A stretch of 64,000 nucleotides of DNA from the NCBI GenBank assembly GCA_037142615.1, contig JBAXAI010000009.1, positions 58,460-122,459 of the forward strand, read 5' to 3'. The DNA is from Spirochaetales bacterium (GTDB lineage: Bacteria; Spirochaetota; Spirochaetia; JABEVK01). Made by a program: the position numbers and the translations under genes. Within the stretch, counting starts at the first letter, position 1; every line of letters begins with the position of its first letter. The notes beneath the pieces are model-generated. The model was given only the letters and a program-made list of their open reading frames with translations. It was not told the origin of the DNA and did no database searches. Shown here one piece after another: positions 47,015-56,292 of the stretch.

Positions 47015-48217
47015 TTACAGTGCTTTCCTTTCACGGAACAAGAACAGACTGACGCCTCCCAAGAGCGAGACCACGATACCGGCGCCCACCATCCAAAGGC
47101 TGATGCCAATCAGTTCGGCAACCGGGCCCGCAACGGCCATGCCAAGCGGGACGCCCAGGCTGATCAGGCTGGTGACCGTCGCAATGACCTTGCCCAGGTT
47201 CTCGGGTGCAATGTTCGCTTGAATGGCCGCCATGTACGGAATATTGCCGACCATGCCGGCAGCTCCAATGCCGACGACCACAAGGCAAAACAGCCAGAAC
47301 GCACCGGCCGGAACCAGCCCCCCGGACAGCAGAAACACCCCCAGCCCGGTGGTAGAAAGCGCAATCCTCGTGAACGGCTTCTGGTTTCCCGCCAGAACTC
47401 CAAGGACGAGGGCGGCCAGCAGCATGCCCGCCGAAAACAAAGCCTGAACCAACCCAGCTTGCCAGGCCGTGCCGGCGAAAAAATCCTTGACCTGCAACGG
47501 CAACAGCGAACCGAGGGGTAGGAACACCATCCCGGTCAAAAAGACCAGGCCGGTGGCAGCCAAGATGGTCTTGTTTTTGGTCAACGCCCGGAAGCCTTGC
47601 CGCATCTCGGCAAACACGCCCCGGACCGGCGCCGAAGCGGCGGGTGAGGGAAACCTGACCAACGCCAGCGTCACGATCGCCAACAGGGCGCCGAGCACAT
47701 CAATCAACACGACCACGCCAAGCGGAGCAATGCCCATCAACAGGGCTCCCAGCATGGGACCCGCCATCGCGCTCACCGACACCATCAGCTGCCCCAGGCC
47801 CCCGGCGCGTTGCAGTTCCTGTGTTGGAACCAGCGACGGGACGGCGGCCTGAAGCGCCGGCTTTTGAAAGGTCTCGCCCACAGCCCGCAGGAACAGAATG
47901 AGGTAGACGAGCCCGAGCGCCGGCTCGCCGAACAGACAACTGACGGCCAACGCGGCGCTGGCCACGGCAACGAGGGTCGCGGCCAGAGTCATCGTCACCT
48001 TGCGGGGATATCGATCGATGAGCACCCCTGCAAAGGGCCCCAACACGATTTGCGGAACCAGCCCCAAGAAACTTGCCAGCGTCAGCGCCAGCGGAGAGCC
48101 CGTGTGCACGGTGATCCACCAAATGAGGGCAAACTGGACGGCCGTCGACGACACCAGAAAGATCGCCTGCCCGGAGTACAGGGTCAAGAAAGGCCTTTTC
48201 CACGCGGTGCTAGGCAT
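47015..48217 (-). CDS. MFS efflux transporter (DHA3/Mef-like)
   Basis: GQAIFLVSSTAVQFALIWWIT, GPFAGVLIDRYPRK, PALQAAVPSLVP. Confidence 0.88.
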   Translation of the reverse strand: MPSTAWKRPFLTLYSGQAIFLVSSTAVQFALIWWITVHTGSPLALTLASFLGLVPQIVLGPFAGVLIDRYPRKVTMTLAATLVAVASAALAVSCLFGEPALGLVYLILFLRAVGETFQKPALQAAVPSLVPTQELQRAGGLGQLMVSVSAMAGPMLGALLMGIAPLGVVVLIDVLGALLAIVTLALVRFPSPAASAPVRGVFAEMRQGFRALTKNKTILAATGLVFLTGMVFLPLGSLLPLQVKDFFAGTAWQAGLVQALFSAGMLLAALVLGVLAGNQKPFTRIALSTTGLGVFLLSGGLVPAGAFWLFCLVVVGIGAAGMVGNIPYMAAIQANIAPENLGKVIATVTSLISLGVPLGMAVAGPVAELIGISLWMVGAGIVVSLLGGVSLFLFRERKAL

Positions 48218-49481
48218 GAGTGGCCTTGCCGTCGGGGGTCGTGGCGAGCGCGGCGGCAATCACCCTCGCTCCTTCCCGCGCTCCGTTTTCGGTGGCAAGG
48301 GCCCGACCGAGCTCGGCGGCCGCAGCGATCACCCCCGGTTGAAGCGCGAGCTCCAGCGCCTGCGCCAGTTTGGCGGCCGTGAGCTTCTTCACCGGCAGCG
48401 GAGGCGCCCCTACGCCCAGTTCAAACGACCGCTGAGCCCACGCAAACTGGTCCAGGGCAAAAGGCAGGATGACGCTCGGCACCCCGGCCCGGAAGCCAGC
48501 CGCCGAAGTCCCGGCTCCACCGTGGTGGCAGACCGCCCCCATTCGCGGAAACAGCCACGAGTGAGGCACCCCGTCCACTGCCAGCATTCCTTCGGGGAGC
48601 CCCAGCCCACTCATGCCGTTGATCACGCCGCGCTTTCCGGCAAGGACAAGCGCCTCGACCACCGTTCGGCCCACCGTTTCGGTATCGCCCTTGTCGAACA
48701 TCGAGCCGAAGCCCACATAGACGGGCTTTTCGCCCGCCGCCAGGAAAGCGCTCAATTCCGGCGAAGGTTGGTACGGGCCGGGTTCCTCGACAAACCAGTA
48801 CCCGGCCTGGTGAACGTGGGGGTGCCAGTCGGCGGGTCGCGAAAAAACGAACTCGCTGCACGAAGCAAGGGCCGGCGTGCGGGCGGTGGTGTGCTTCTCG
48901 AAGGGTTGGCCGAAGCCGGGGGGTAGTTTGCCGTATTTTTGCTTCCAAAACGGGGCCAGCGAGGCCCCCGAGGCCATCCACAACATGCCTTGCAAGGCCG
49001 AATAGGTCAGGCGGTTGAGGGGTCCCCAGTTGGGTGACTTTCCGTAAAGGACCACCGAAGACCGCACCGAGGTGCGGTGTAGCGGGAAAGGACTGGCCAG
49101 AATCGACGGGATTCCCAGCCGCTGGGCCATGAAGTACCCGATGGTGAGCCCTGGGTGGTACACCAAGGCATCGCTGCCCAAGCACGCATCGTGGTAGGCC
49201 TCGACCATGTGCACCCCGTAGGCCTTCATCTTCTGGAAGCTGCCCATCATCTTGAGCAGGTTGTCGGCCCGCTGGGCTTGGCGGACCATCTCGGGGTCCA
49301 CTCCCGCCGAAGCGAAATCGACCGCGATGGGGTAAAAGTCGAGCCCGTACCCGCGCACAAAAGCCTCGAAGTGGTGATTGGTGGCAATGCGTGTGGCCAA
49401 ACCCAGCTTTTGCAGTTCTTGAGCCAGCGCCAGGTAGGGCTGAACGTCGCCCCGGGTGCCGGAGCAAAGGATGGTGATCAT
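48210..49481 (-). CDS. GT1/GT28-type glycosyltransferase (sterol/macrolide glucosyltransferase-like)
   Basis: GTRGDVQPYLALA, VYVGFGSM, PHSWLFPR..HHGGAGT..AGVP..PFALDQ. Confidence 0.9.
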   Translation of the reverse strand: MITILCSGTRGDVQPYLALAQELQKLGLATRIATNHHFEAFVRGYGLDFYPIAVDFASAGVDPEMVRQAQRADNLLKMMGSFQKMKAYGVHMVEAYHDACLGSDALVYHPGLTIGYFMAQRLGIPSILASPFPLHRTSVRSSVVLYGKSPNWGPLNRLTYSALQGMLWMASGASLAPFWKQKYGKLPPGFGQPFEKHTTARTPALASCSEFVFSRPADWHPHVHQAGYWFVEEPGPYQPSPELSAFLAAGEKPVYVGFGSMFDKGDTETVGRTVVEALVLAGKRGVINGMSGLGLPEGMLAVDGVPHSWLFPRMGAVCHHGGAGTSAAGFRAGVPSVILPFALDQFAWAQRSFELGVGAPPLPVKKLTAAKLAQALELALQPGVIAAAAELGRALATENGAREGARVIAAALATTPDGKATHA

Positions 49482-49505
49482 GAAGGTCTCCTGTGCTACA
49501 GTATT

Positions 49506-49520
49506 CCAACAACGTGTTGG
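49506..49520. promoter_or_regulatory. Putative TetR operator CCAACA-ACG-TGTTGG
   Basis: Palindrome in the divergent GT/TetR intergenic region. Confidence 0.6.
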
Positions 49521-49546
49521 GGAAACAACCAACACCGGGGGGAACT

Positions 49547-50083
49547 TTGTCGGAAAAAGCCCGTGCCCACCTGCTCGAAGCCTTTTGGGACCTGTATCGC
49601 CAGTCCCGAATCGACCAGATCACCGTCAAAGAAGTGGCCGCTAAGGCAGGCTATAACCGTAGCACCTTCTACGAACACTTTGACGACGTGCACCAATGCC
49701 TGCACGAAATCGAGCAGCTCTGCCTACCAAACCTCGACGAACTGCCCCCGACGCTGCTGTCCGCCGAGCCCTCGCCCGACTTTTTGCAGACCTTTTTGGC
49801 GGTTTACGAAGCCAAGGCGGCGTACTACAACGTGCTCCTGGGAGTTAACGGGGACCCGTCCTTCCGACGACGACTGATCGACCAAACCAAGGCGGCCTTC
49901 CTGGGCAAGGAGGGGGCCTCGGAAAAAGGGACTGCCTTGTTGCCCGAGGATCCGTTGGAGCGCGACCTTGCCTTGGAGTACCGAATTGCAGGTCTGTTGG
50001 GGGTGCTCACGTATTGCAGCACGCATCCGGAGCTGGCGTCTCGGGAAGCGGTGGCGCGTGCTATTTTCCGGGTGCTGGGGTAA
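49547..50083 (+). CDS. TetR/AcrR family regulator
   Basis: ITVKEVAAKAGYNRSTFYEHF; TTG start is inferred. Confidence 0.88.
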   Translation: MSEKARAHLLEAFWDLYRQSRIDQITVKEVAAKAGYNRSTFYEHFDDVHQCLHEIEQLCLPNLDELPPTLLSAEPSPDFLQTFLAVYEAKAAYYNVLLGVNGDPSFRRRLIDQTKAAFLGKEGASEKGTALLPEDPLERDLALEYRIAGLLGVLTYCSTHPELASREAVARAIFRVLG

Positions 50084-50126
50084 CCAGGCGCGTCGGAGCA
50101 AAGTTTTTGCTCCCCAAGGGGGAAGG

Positions 50127-50525
50127 ATGTCAAAGAAGAAAATGGGTTTGATTGTTCCGGGTGGCGTTGACGAGTACATCGCAGGCCAGCCGGAACCTAG
50201 CCGCAAGAGTTTGACGCAACTGAGGGCCCTCATCCGGGAATGTGCCCCCGACGCCGTTGAAACCGTCAGCTACTTTCAGATCCCCGGGTACTCTTACCCG
50301 GGCTACGACTACAACGGGATGTTCGCATGGTTCAGTTACCAGAAGCCCCATGTCCGGCTTCACGTGCGCCCACCTGTCCTGGAAAACAACCACGACGGCC
50401 TGAAGAAGCTTAAGTCGACCAAGGCAATTGTCTGGTTCCCAGCTGACCAGGATTTGCCGCGTGAGCTCATTGCGAAACTCGTGGTCGAGAGCATCCACGA
50501 AATGAAAGGCAAGAGTGGCGACTGA
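50127..50525 (+). CDS. DUF1801 (YdhG-like) protein
   Basis: VDEYIA...LRALIRECAPDAVETVSYFQIPGY...LPRELIAKLV. Confidence 0.8.
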   Translation: MSKKKMGLIVPGGVDEYIAGQPEPSRKSLTQLRALIRECAPDAVETVSYFQIPGYSYPGYDYNGMFAWFSYQKPHVRLHVRPPVLENNHDGLKKLKSTKAIVWFPADQDLPRELIAKLVVESIHEMKGKSGD

Positions 50526-50544
50526 CCGATTCCATCGGCCCGGC

Positions 50545-50675
50545 TTGAACCCGTTCAGACCGATGCGGGGGACTCCCATCACGGTGAAGTCCACGGTCAG
50601 CACGTCGCCTTCTTTGCCGTCAGGAGAGTCCGCTGGTGCTCGTGCCACCGCGTCCACCCTAGAATCGGGAAAGGA
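50545..50675 (-). pseudogene. Fragment of a VOC/PhnB (3-demethylubiquinone-9 methyltransferase-like) gene
   Basis: FPDSRVDAVARAPADSPDGKEGDVLTVDFTVMGVPRIGLNG with no recognisable start or C-terminus. Confidence 0.6.
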
Positions 50676-50777
50676 CTTCTGCTGGCCCTTGACCCGCAAG
50701 CAAAATCGCCCAGATTCAGGTGCTTGGGAATCGTTTCGGGGTGCTGCGGGTCTATACTGCAGGGATCGGAGGCACGC

Positions 50778-51548
50778 ATGAGCGCAAGACCCTGGATACT
50801 GCAAGAAACGACCTGGAGCGAGGTGGAGAACCAAACCTACGACGTGGCGATTCTTCCCTGGGGTGCCACAGAGCCGCACAACTACCACCTTCCTTTTGGA
50901 ACTGACACCTACGAATCCTCGACGATGGCAGACCGGAGCGCAGGGCGAGCGTGGTCGCTCGGGGCGAGACCGATCGTGCTGCCAACCGTGCCGTGGGGCG
51001 TCAACACGGGCCAAACCGACCTCAAGCTTTGCCTCAATATTTTCCCCACCACACAGTTGGTTCTGCTGGGCGACCTGGTCGATAACTTGGCCCGGCACAA
51101 CATCCGAAAGCTGGTGATCCTCAATAGCCACGGGGGCAATCAGTTTCAGCCCTTGATCCGCGAGCTGTCGGTCAAGCACCCGGGCGTCTTTGTCTGCGCC
51201 CTGGACTGGTGGAAGGCGTGCGACCTCAAGGCCTTTTTCGTCGAGCCCGGAGACCATGCCGGGGAGTGGGAAACCAGCGTGATGCTGAACACGCATCCGG
51301 ACTTGGTGCTTCCCCTCGATAAGGCCGGAAACGGGGCCGCCAAACGCTTTGCCGTGAAGGGCCTGCGCGAGGGCTGGGTGTGGAGCCAGCGTCAATGGAC
51401 CTCGGTGACCACCAGCACCGGTGTCGGCAACCCCCAGTTTGCCACGGCAGAAAAGGGCGCGGCGTTTCTAGAAGCCACCACCGCCAAGGTGGCAGAGTTT
51501 CTGGTTGAACTGGCCGCAGCAGAGTTGGACCGGCTGTATTCCGACTGA
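50778..51548 (+). CDS. Creatininase family amidohydrolase
   Basis: PWGATEPHNYHLPFGTD, LNSHGGN, DHAGEWETS, GVGNP..ATAEKG. Confidence 0.9.
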   Translation: MSARPWILQETTWSEVENQTYDVAILPWGATEPHNYHLPFGTDTYESSTMADRSAGRAWSLGARPIVLPTVPWGVNTGQTDLKLCLNIFPTTQLVLLGDLVDNLARHNIRKLVILNSHGGNQFQPLIRELSVKHPGVFVCALDWWKACDLKAFFVEPGDHAGEWETSVMLNTHPDLVLPLDKAGNGAAKRFAVKGLREGWVWSQRQWTSVTTSTGVGNPQFATAEKGAAFLEATTAKVAEFLVELAAAELDRLYSD

Positions 51549-51556
51549 AGGCGGAT

Positions 51557-51576
51557 TGATATATCACTTGATATTT
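51557..51576. promoter_or_regulatory. Putative GntR-family operator half upstream of the aldolase/AGE operon
   Basis: TGATATATCACTTGATATTT resembles TAATATATTAGCTGATATTT at 61850-61869. Confidence 0.55.
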
Positions 51577-51620
51577 TCTGCTCCCGGATCTACTCTGGAG
51601 CTGTCCTGAAAGGAGTTCCG

Positions 51621-52505
51621 ATGAAACAGCTCAAAGGTATTTTTCCTGCCCTGCTGACGCCGTTTGACGCCACGGGCCACCTCAACGAAGCGAGCCTTCG
51701 CCGCCTGGTGTCGGTCAACATCGCCCGCGGGGTTACCGGCTTCTATGTCGCAGGCAGCACCGGCGAGGCCTTTCTGCTGACCGCGGAAGAACGCAAGCGC
51801 GTTTTCGAGATCGTTGCCGACGAAAACGCCGGCCGCGTCACGCTGATCGCGCACGTCGGTGCCATTGGTACAGACCTGACCCTGGATCTGGGACGCCATG
51901 CGGTGGCCCATGGGGCCGACGCCATTTCGTCCATTCCGCCGTTCTACTACAAGTTCTCGGGCGACGAGGTGGTGGGTTACTACACCGAGTTGGCTGACAA
52001 ACTTGACGCACCGATTATTCCTTACAATTTTCCCGCGTTGTCGGGGGTCACTCTCACCGGGCCGCTGATCCAAAGGCTTCGCAAGCACAAGCGCATCATG
52101 GGGGTCAAGTTCACCTCCAACGATTTGTTCCAGCTGGAGCAAATGAAGCAGGCCGACCCCGACCTTGTGGTGTACAACGGCTTTGACGAGATCTGCCTGG
52201 CCGGTCTGGCCATGGGCGCCGACGGGGCCATCGGAAGCACGTTCAACTTCATGCCCGAAAAGTTCCTTGCCATCCGCAAGCACTTCATGGCCGGTGAAAT
52301 GGCCTTGGCGCAGAAACAACAGAGCCAGGCCAACGAGGTGATCCAGGTGCTCATCGACACGGGCAAGTTGCTTGCCGGTGAAAAGTACCTGATGGACTTG
52401 CAGGGCATTCCCTGCGGAGCTTGCCGCAGTCCGTTCACCCCGCTGACCGATACCGACAAGAAGAACCTGCAGGACGTCGCCAAGAAACTGCTCGTCCCGA
52501 ACTGA
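51621..52505 (+). CDS. nanA: N-acetylneuraminate lyase (NanA/DHDPS family)
   Basis: GSTGE, IPPFYY, YNFP, Schiff-base GVKFTS, GAIGSTFN. Confidence 0.8.
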   Translation: MKQLKGIFPALLTPFDATGHLNEASLRRLVSVNIARGVTGFYVAGSTGEAFLLTAEERKRVFEIVADENAGRVTLIAHVGAIGTDLTLDLGRHAVAHGADAISSIPPFYYKFSGDEVVGYYTELADKLDAPIIPYNFPALSGVTLTGPLIQRLRKHKRIMGVKFTSNDLFQLEQMKQADPDLVVYNGFDEICLAGLAMGADGAIGSTFNFMPEKFLAIRKHFMAGEMALAQKQQSQANEVIQVLIDTGKLLAGEKYLMDLQGIPCGACRSPFTPLTDTDKKNLQDVAKKLLVPN

Positions 52506-52517
52506 GAGGAAAACGCT

Positions 52518-53696
52518 ATGCTGCTTGCCGAAATTCAACGCCTGCGTGAGTTCTACCGCCGCGAGCTGGTCGATGATACCCTGCCCTTCTGGCTCAACCA
52601 TGGACTGGACCACGAGCACGGCGGACTGCTGGACTTTCTGGCGCGCGACGGGTCGCCACTTTCGACTGACAAGGGTGGCTGGATTCAGGGCCGCTTCACG
52701 TGGGTGTTGGCCCGCTGTTGGAACGAGCTGGAAAAGCGGCCACAGTGGTTGGCGGCAGCGCGGAATTGCGCGGATTTTGTGCGTGACAAGGTGCTGTCGG
52801 GTCCGGGGGGCCGTGGCTACTTTGAAGTGACCCGCGAGGGGCATCCGCTGGTTCTGCGCCGTTACCTTTTTTCAGAACTCTTCGCCGTGTTGGGTCTCGC
52901 CGAGTTTTCGCGGGCCTCGGGCGAGGGGTCGTACTTGGCGGCGGCGCACAAGACCCTGGAGCTTTTTCACGCGACGAGGGGAACGCTCGAGCCCAAGCTC
53001 GACCCCAAGGTCCGCTCCCTGCGCGGGCACTCGGAAACCATGATGCTCATCCACGTGTACCAGATTCTGCGGGACGTTGAGCCGCAACGCGCCGGGGAAT
53101 ACACCGGCTTGATCGACCAGCAGATTGACGAGTTGAAGCGCTACTTTTACCGGCCTGACCTGCGGGCCATCCTCGAAACGGTGAACAGCGACGGGTCGCT
53201 GGCCGAAGGGACCGAAGGGCGCTGTCTCAATCCGGGTCACGGCACCGAGACAGCGTGGTTTCTACTCGAAGAAGCCCGTTGGCGCGGCGAGTCTGACCTG
53301 GTTGGGATGGGTCTCGATATTCTGCAATGGTCGCTGGAACGCGGCTGGGACCCGGTGCACGGTGGCCTGTTTTCGTTCGTCGACCTGGAAGGCAAGCAAC
53401 CGGCCCAGGTGGAATGGGACATGAAGTATTGGTGGCCCCATTGTGAGGCCACCTACGCGGCGCTGCTGGCGTATCACCTGACCGGTGACGGCAAGTGGGA
53501 ACGCTGGTTTGGTACCCTGCACGACTGGACCTGGAAGCATTTTCCAGACCCCGTGCACGGCGAGTGGTTTGGCTACTTGCATCGCGATGGTACAGTGGCC
53601 AACGACGTGAAAGGCAACCATTACAAGGGAGCCTTTCACGTTCCGCGATTTCAGCTCAACACCGTGCTCCTGCTCGACAAAATGGCAAGCTCCTAA
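52518..53696 (+). CDS. N-acylglucosamine 2-epimerase (AGE) family protein
   Basis: PFWL..GLD..HGG, DKGGWIQGR, NPGHGTE, EWDMKYWWPHCE, GEWFGYLHRDG, KGAFHVPR. Confidence 0.88.
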   Translation: MLLAEIQRLREFYRRELVDDTLPFWLNHGLDHEHGGLLDFLARDGSPLSTDKGGWIQGRFTWVLARCWNELEKRPQWLAAARNCADFVRDKVLSGPGGRGYFEVTREGHPLVLRRYLFSELFAVLGLAEFSRASGEGSYLAAAHKTLELFHATRGTLEPKLDPKVRSLRGHSETMMLIHVYQILRDVEPQRAGEYTGLIDQQIDELKRYFYRPDLRAILETVNSDGSLAEGTEGRCLNPGHGTETAWFLLEEARWRGESDLVGMGLDILQWSLERGWDPVHGGLFSFVDLEGKQPAQVEWDMKYWWPHCEATYAALLAYHLTGDGKWERWFGTLHDWTWKHFPDPVHGEWFGYLHRDGTVANDVKGNHYKGAFHVPRFQLNTVLLLDKMASS

Positions 53697-54598
53697 ATCT
53701 CGGCCGTCCAGGCCATCAGCTTGTCGTGGAGCACCTTGACCTTGGGCAGGTCGGCGGGCGTCAGCGGCAAGAAGGGCGAACGGACCGAGCCGACGTCGAG
53801 CCCGCGTAGACGCAGGATTTCCTTCGACGCGGAGAACAGGTTGGGGTAGTCCAGCAATTCCATGATGGCTTCGTTGATGCGAACCTGCCACTTTTGGGCC
53901 TCGGCGATCTTGCCTTCGACGTAACACTTCTCCAGGTGAACAAAGAGTTCGGGCATGGCGCCGTAGGTACCACCGATGCCGCCGTCGGCACCCATGATGC
54001 GGCCGGCGAGATACTGCTCGTCGGGGCCGTTGAACACCAGAAAATCGGGTCCGCCGGCCTTTTTGAACTGCTCGGTTTGAAGCGTGCTCATCGAGGAGTT
54101 CTTGACGCCGATCACCTTGGGATTGCGGATCATCTTCGCCAGAAGGCCCAGCGTCAAATCGTAACCGGTGAGTTGCGGGATGTTATAGATGATAAAGGGC
54201 AGTTCGGTGGCCGCGATCATTTGTGTCCAGTGGTGCTCGATGCTGGCCTCGGAAAGGCGGTAGTACACGCTCGGCACCGCCGAAAGGGCGTCGACGCCGC
54301 AGGTGGCCGCATGCTTGGCCAGTTCCACGCTGTCGCGGGTGGCAGCCGCGCCGATGTGCACAATGAGGTTCATCTTGCCTGCGACTTCGCGGCTCACGGC
54401 CTCGGTGATCTTCTTCCGTTCCTCAACATTGAGCAGAAAGCCCTCGCCGGAACTTCCGTTCAGGTAAAGTCCCCTGACACCTCGTTCTCGATAGAAGCGT
54501 GCCTGGGCCACGGCAGCGACCACGTCAATCTCGCCTTTCTTGTCGTAGGGTGCGTAGAACGCAACGGTCACCCCTTGGAACTTCTCTCTTGGTTTCAT
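53693..54598 (-). CDS. NanA/DHDPS family aldolase (second paralogue)
   Basis: GSSGE, YNIPQL, GVKNSS, GPDEQYL, GGIGGTYG. Confidence 0.85.
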   Translation of the reverse strand: MKPREKFQGVTVAFYAPYDKKGEIDVVAAVAQARFYRERGVRGLYLNGSSGEGFLLNVEERKKITEAVSREVAGKMNLIVHIGAAATRDSVELAKHAATCGVDALSAVPSVYYRLSEASIEHHWTQMIAATELPFIIYNIPQLTGYDLTLGLLAKMIRNPKVIGVKNSSMSTLQTEQFKKAGGPDFLVFNGPDEQYLAGRIMGADGGIGGTYGAMPELFVHLEKCYVEGKIAEAQKWQVRINEAIMELLDYPNLFSASKEILRLRGLDVGSVRSPFLPLTPADLPKVKVLHDKLMAWTAEI

Positions 54599-54639
54599 GG
54601 CTCACTCCTTAGTGATATTTCGGAAACGTTTATGGGGCC

Positions 54640-55311
54640 CTAACGTCCACGGCGTTCGAAGATCTGCTGGCGACCGCTGCGCAAGTGATTGCGAATGGCG
54701 CGCTCTGCCACGTCGGGATCGTCGGAAGTAAGTTTTTCGACCAGGGGCAGGTGGATATGGCTGTCGGGCTCGATTCCATCGCGTCGAATGCGTTCCACGT
54801 ACACCCGGTGCATGTTGTAAAATGTTCCCAACCGGATGGCGCGGTGAAAGGTTGTCACCAAAGAATTGCAACCCGAGAGCGAGACCAGCGTGGCGTGGAA
54901 GTTAATCTCATTTTGCCAGCGCGACGGGTCGCCCGCCTCGGAGCCATCGACGGCAATGGCCAGGGTTTGCAGCTGTTCGAAGTTTTCGCGTACCGTGGCG
55001 CCGCAATAAAGCCGGGCGGCCTCGCACTCCAGTGCCTCGCGCAACACCAGTTGGTCGTAAAAGTCGTTTTCCTCGACGGGTTTGACAATGGTGCCCTTGC
55101 GCGGCAGGGTTTCGACGAACCCTTCGAGCTCCAACTGCAAAATGGCCTCAAGCACGGGAGCGACGCTGACCCCTAGTTCGGCGGCCACCTCACGACGGTT
55201 CAGGATGTGCCCTGGCACCAACTCACCGTTCACCAACTTTTCCAGGAGCTTCTCGTAAACATCTTGGGCCAAAGACACCGCAGGCACTTTTTTCGTCGGT
55301 TTCTGTTTCAT
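54640..55311 (-). CDS. GntR (FCD) family regulator
   Basis: GELVPG..LNRREVAAELGVSVAPV.EA...EGFV...PRKGT; FHATLV. Confidence 0.88.
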   Translation of the reverse strand: MKQKPTKKVPAVSLAQDVYEKLLEKLVNGELVPGHILNRREVAAELGVSVAPVLEAILQLELEGFVETLPRKGTIVKPVEENDFYDQLVLREALECEAARLYCGATVRENFEQLQTLAIAVDGSEAGDPSRWQNEINFHATLVSLSGCNSLVTTFHRAIRLGTFYNMHRVYVERIRRDGIEPDSHIHLPLVEKLTSDDPDVAERAIRNHLRSGRQQIFERRGR

Positions 55312-55361
55312 CGCCGACGATCCTACTCCTTCGGGGGGACCCCTGTCGATTCGCTTCATGG

Positions 55362-56288
55362 TCACAACCCGTCCAGCGCAGCAACGCCGCGAAGGTTCTG
55401 GTCGTCTCGCCATTTTTTGACGCTGGCGCGAAGGGTCGAGGCCGCTGCCTGGGAAAGCGGCAAGAGCGGGTGTCGGCACGGGCCGGCATCGATGCCCGCA
55501 CCGAGCAAAAGGGCTTTGACCGCAGGAAGCAGGTTGTGCTCCAAGGCCCGGAAGATCACCCCGTTGGCCTGCTCCTGAAGTTGTCGGGCTTCGTCGAGAG
55601 CGCCACGCCCCACCGCAGCGTAGAGCCGCTGGAAAACCTCGGGAATGACGTTGTAGAACGAGCCGATGATGCCGTCTGCGCCCACCGAAAGCCCCGAAAA
55701 GGCCATTTCGTCGGCGCCGGAGTAGACCACGAAGTCGCGGCCCACTTCGGTCTTGATCCGTCCGATTTCAAAGTGACTGGGCGCGGTGTACTTGAGGCCC
55801 TTGACGTTGGGGAGCGCTGCCAGACGGCGGATCAAGTCAAAGCCGAAAAGGCCCGAAAGCGCGATGTTGTACGCCACCATGGGAATCTCGGTGGCTTCGC
55901 TGACCCGCTGGTAGTAGTCGACGATCTCGTCGTTGGTGAACTTCCAGTAGTAGGGGGGGACCGACGAAACCGCGTCGGCGCCGCTGGCTTGGGCGTGTCG
56001 CGCGAGTTCGGCCGACGCTTTGGTGCTCACCGCGCCGACATGGGCAATGACCGGCACTTGGCCCGCCACTTCGTCCAGAACGAGCTCAAGAATGTGACGC
56101 CGTTCTTCGGTCGAAAGCAGAAAGAACTCGCCGGTGCTGCCCGTGACGTAAAGTCCGTCGACCTTCTTGCTCAGCAGGAACCTGACGACGGCCCGCTGAC
56201 GCTTGGGATCGAACTCCCCGTGCTCATCAAAACAGGTGATCAGCGCGGGGATCACACCGCGGATGGAAGTTAAGGGCTTGATGCTCAT
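55362..56288 (-). CDS. NanA/DHDPS family aldolase (third paralogue)
   Basis: GSTGE, VPPYYW, YNIA, GLKYTA, SGADE, GIIGSFYN. Confidence 0.85.
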   Translation of the reverse strand: MSIKPLTSIRGVIPALITCFDEHGEFDPKRQRAVVRFLLSKKVDGLYVTGSTGEFFLLSTEERRHILELVLDEVAGQVPVIAHVGAVSTKASAELARHAQASGADAVSSVPPYYWKFTNDEIVDYYQRVSEATEIPMVAYNIALSGLFGFDLIRRLAALPNVKGLKYTAPSHFEIGRIKTEVGRDFVVYSGADEMAFSGLSVGADGIIGSFYNVIPEVFQRLYAAVGRGALDEARQLQEQANGVIFRALEHNLLPAVKALLLGAGIDAGPCRHPLLPLSQAAASTLRASVKKWRDDQNLRGVAALDGL

Positions 56289-56292
56289 AGCG

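Noticed and set aside
36045-51000. Integron cassette array
   Set aside because: Cassette-like gene content, but no intI gene and no regularly spaced attC sites (RYYYAAC...GTTRRRY); genes are in both orientations with their own promoters.
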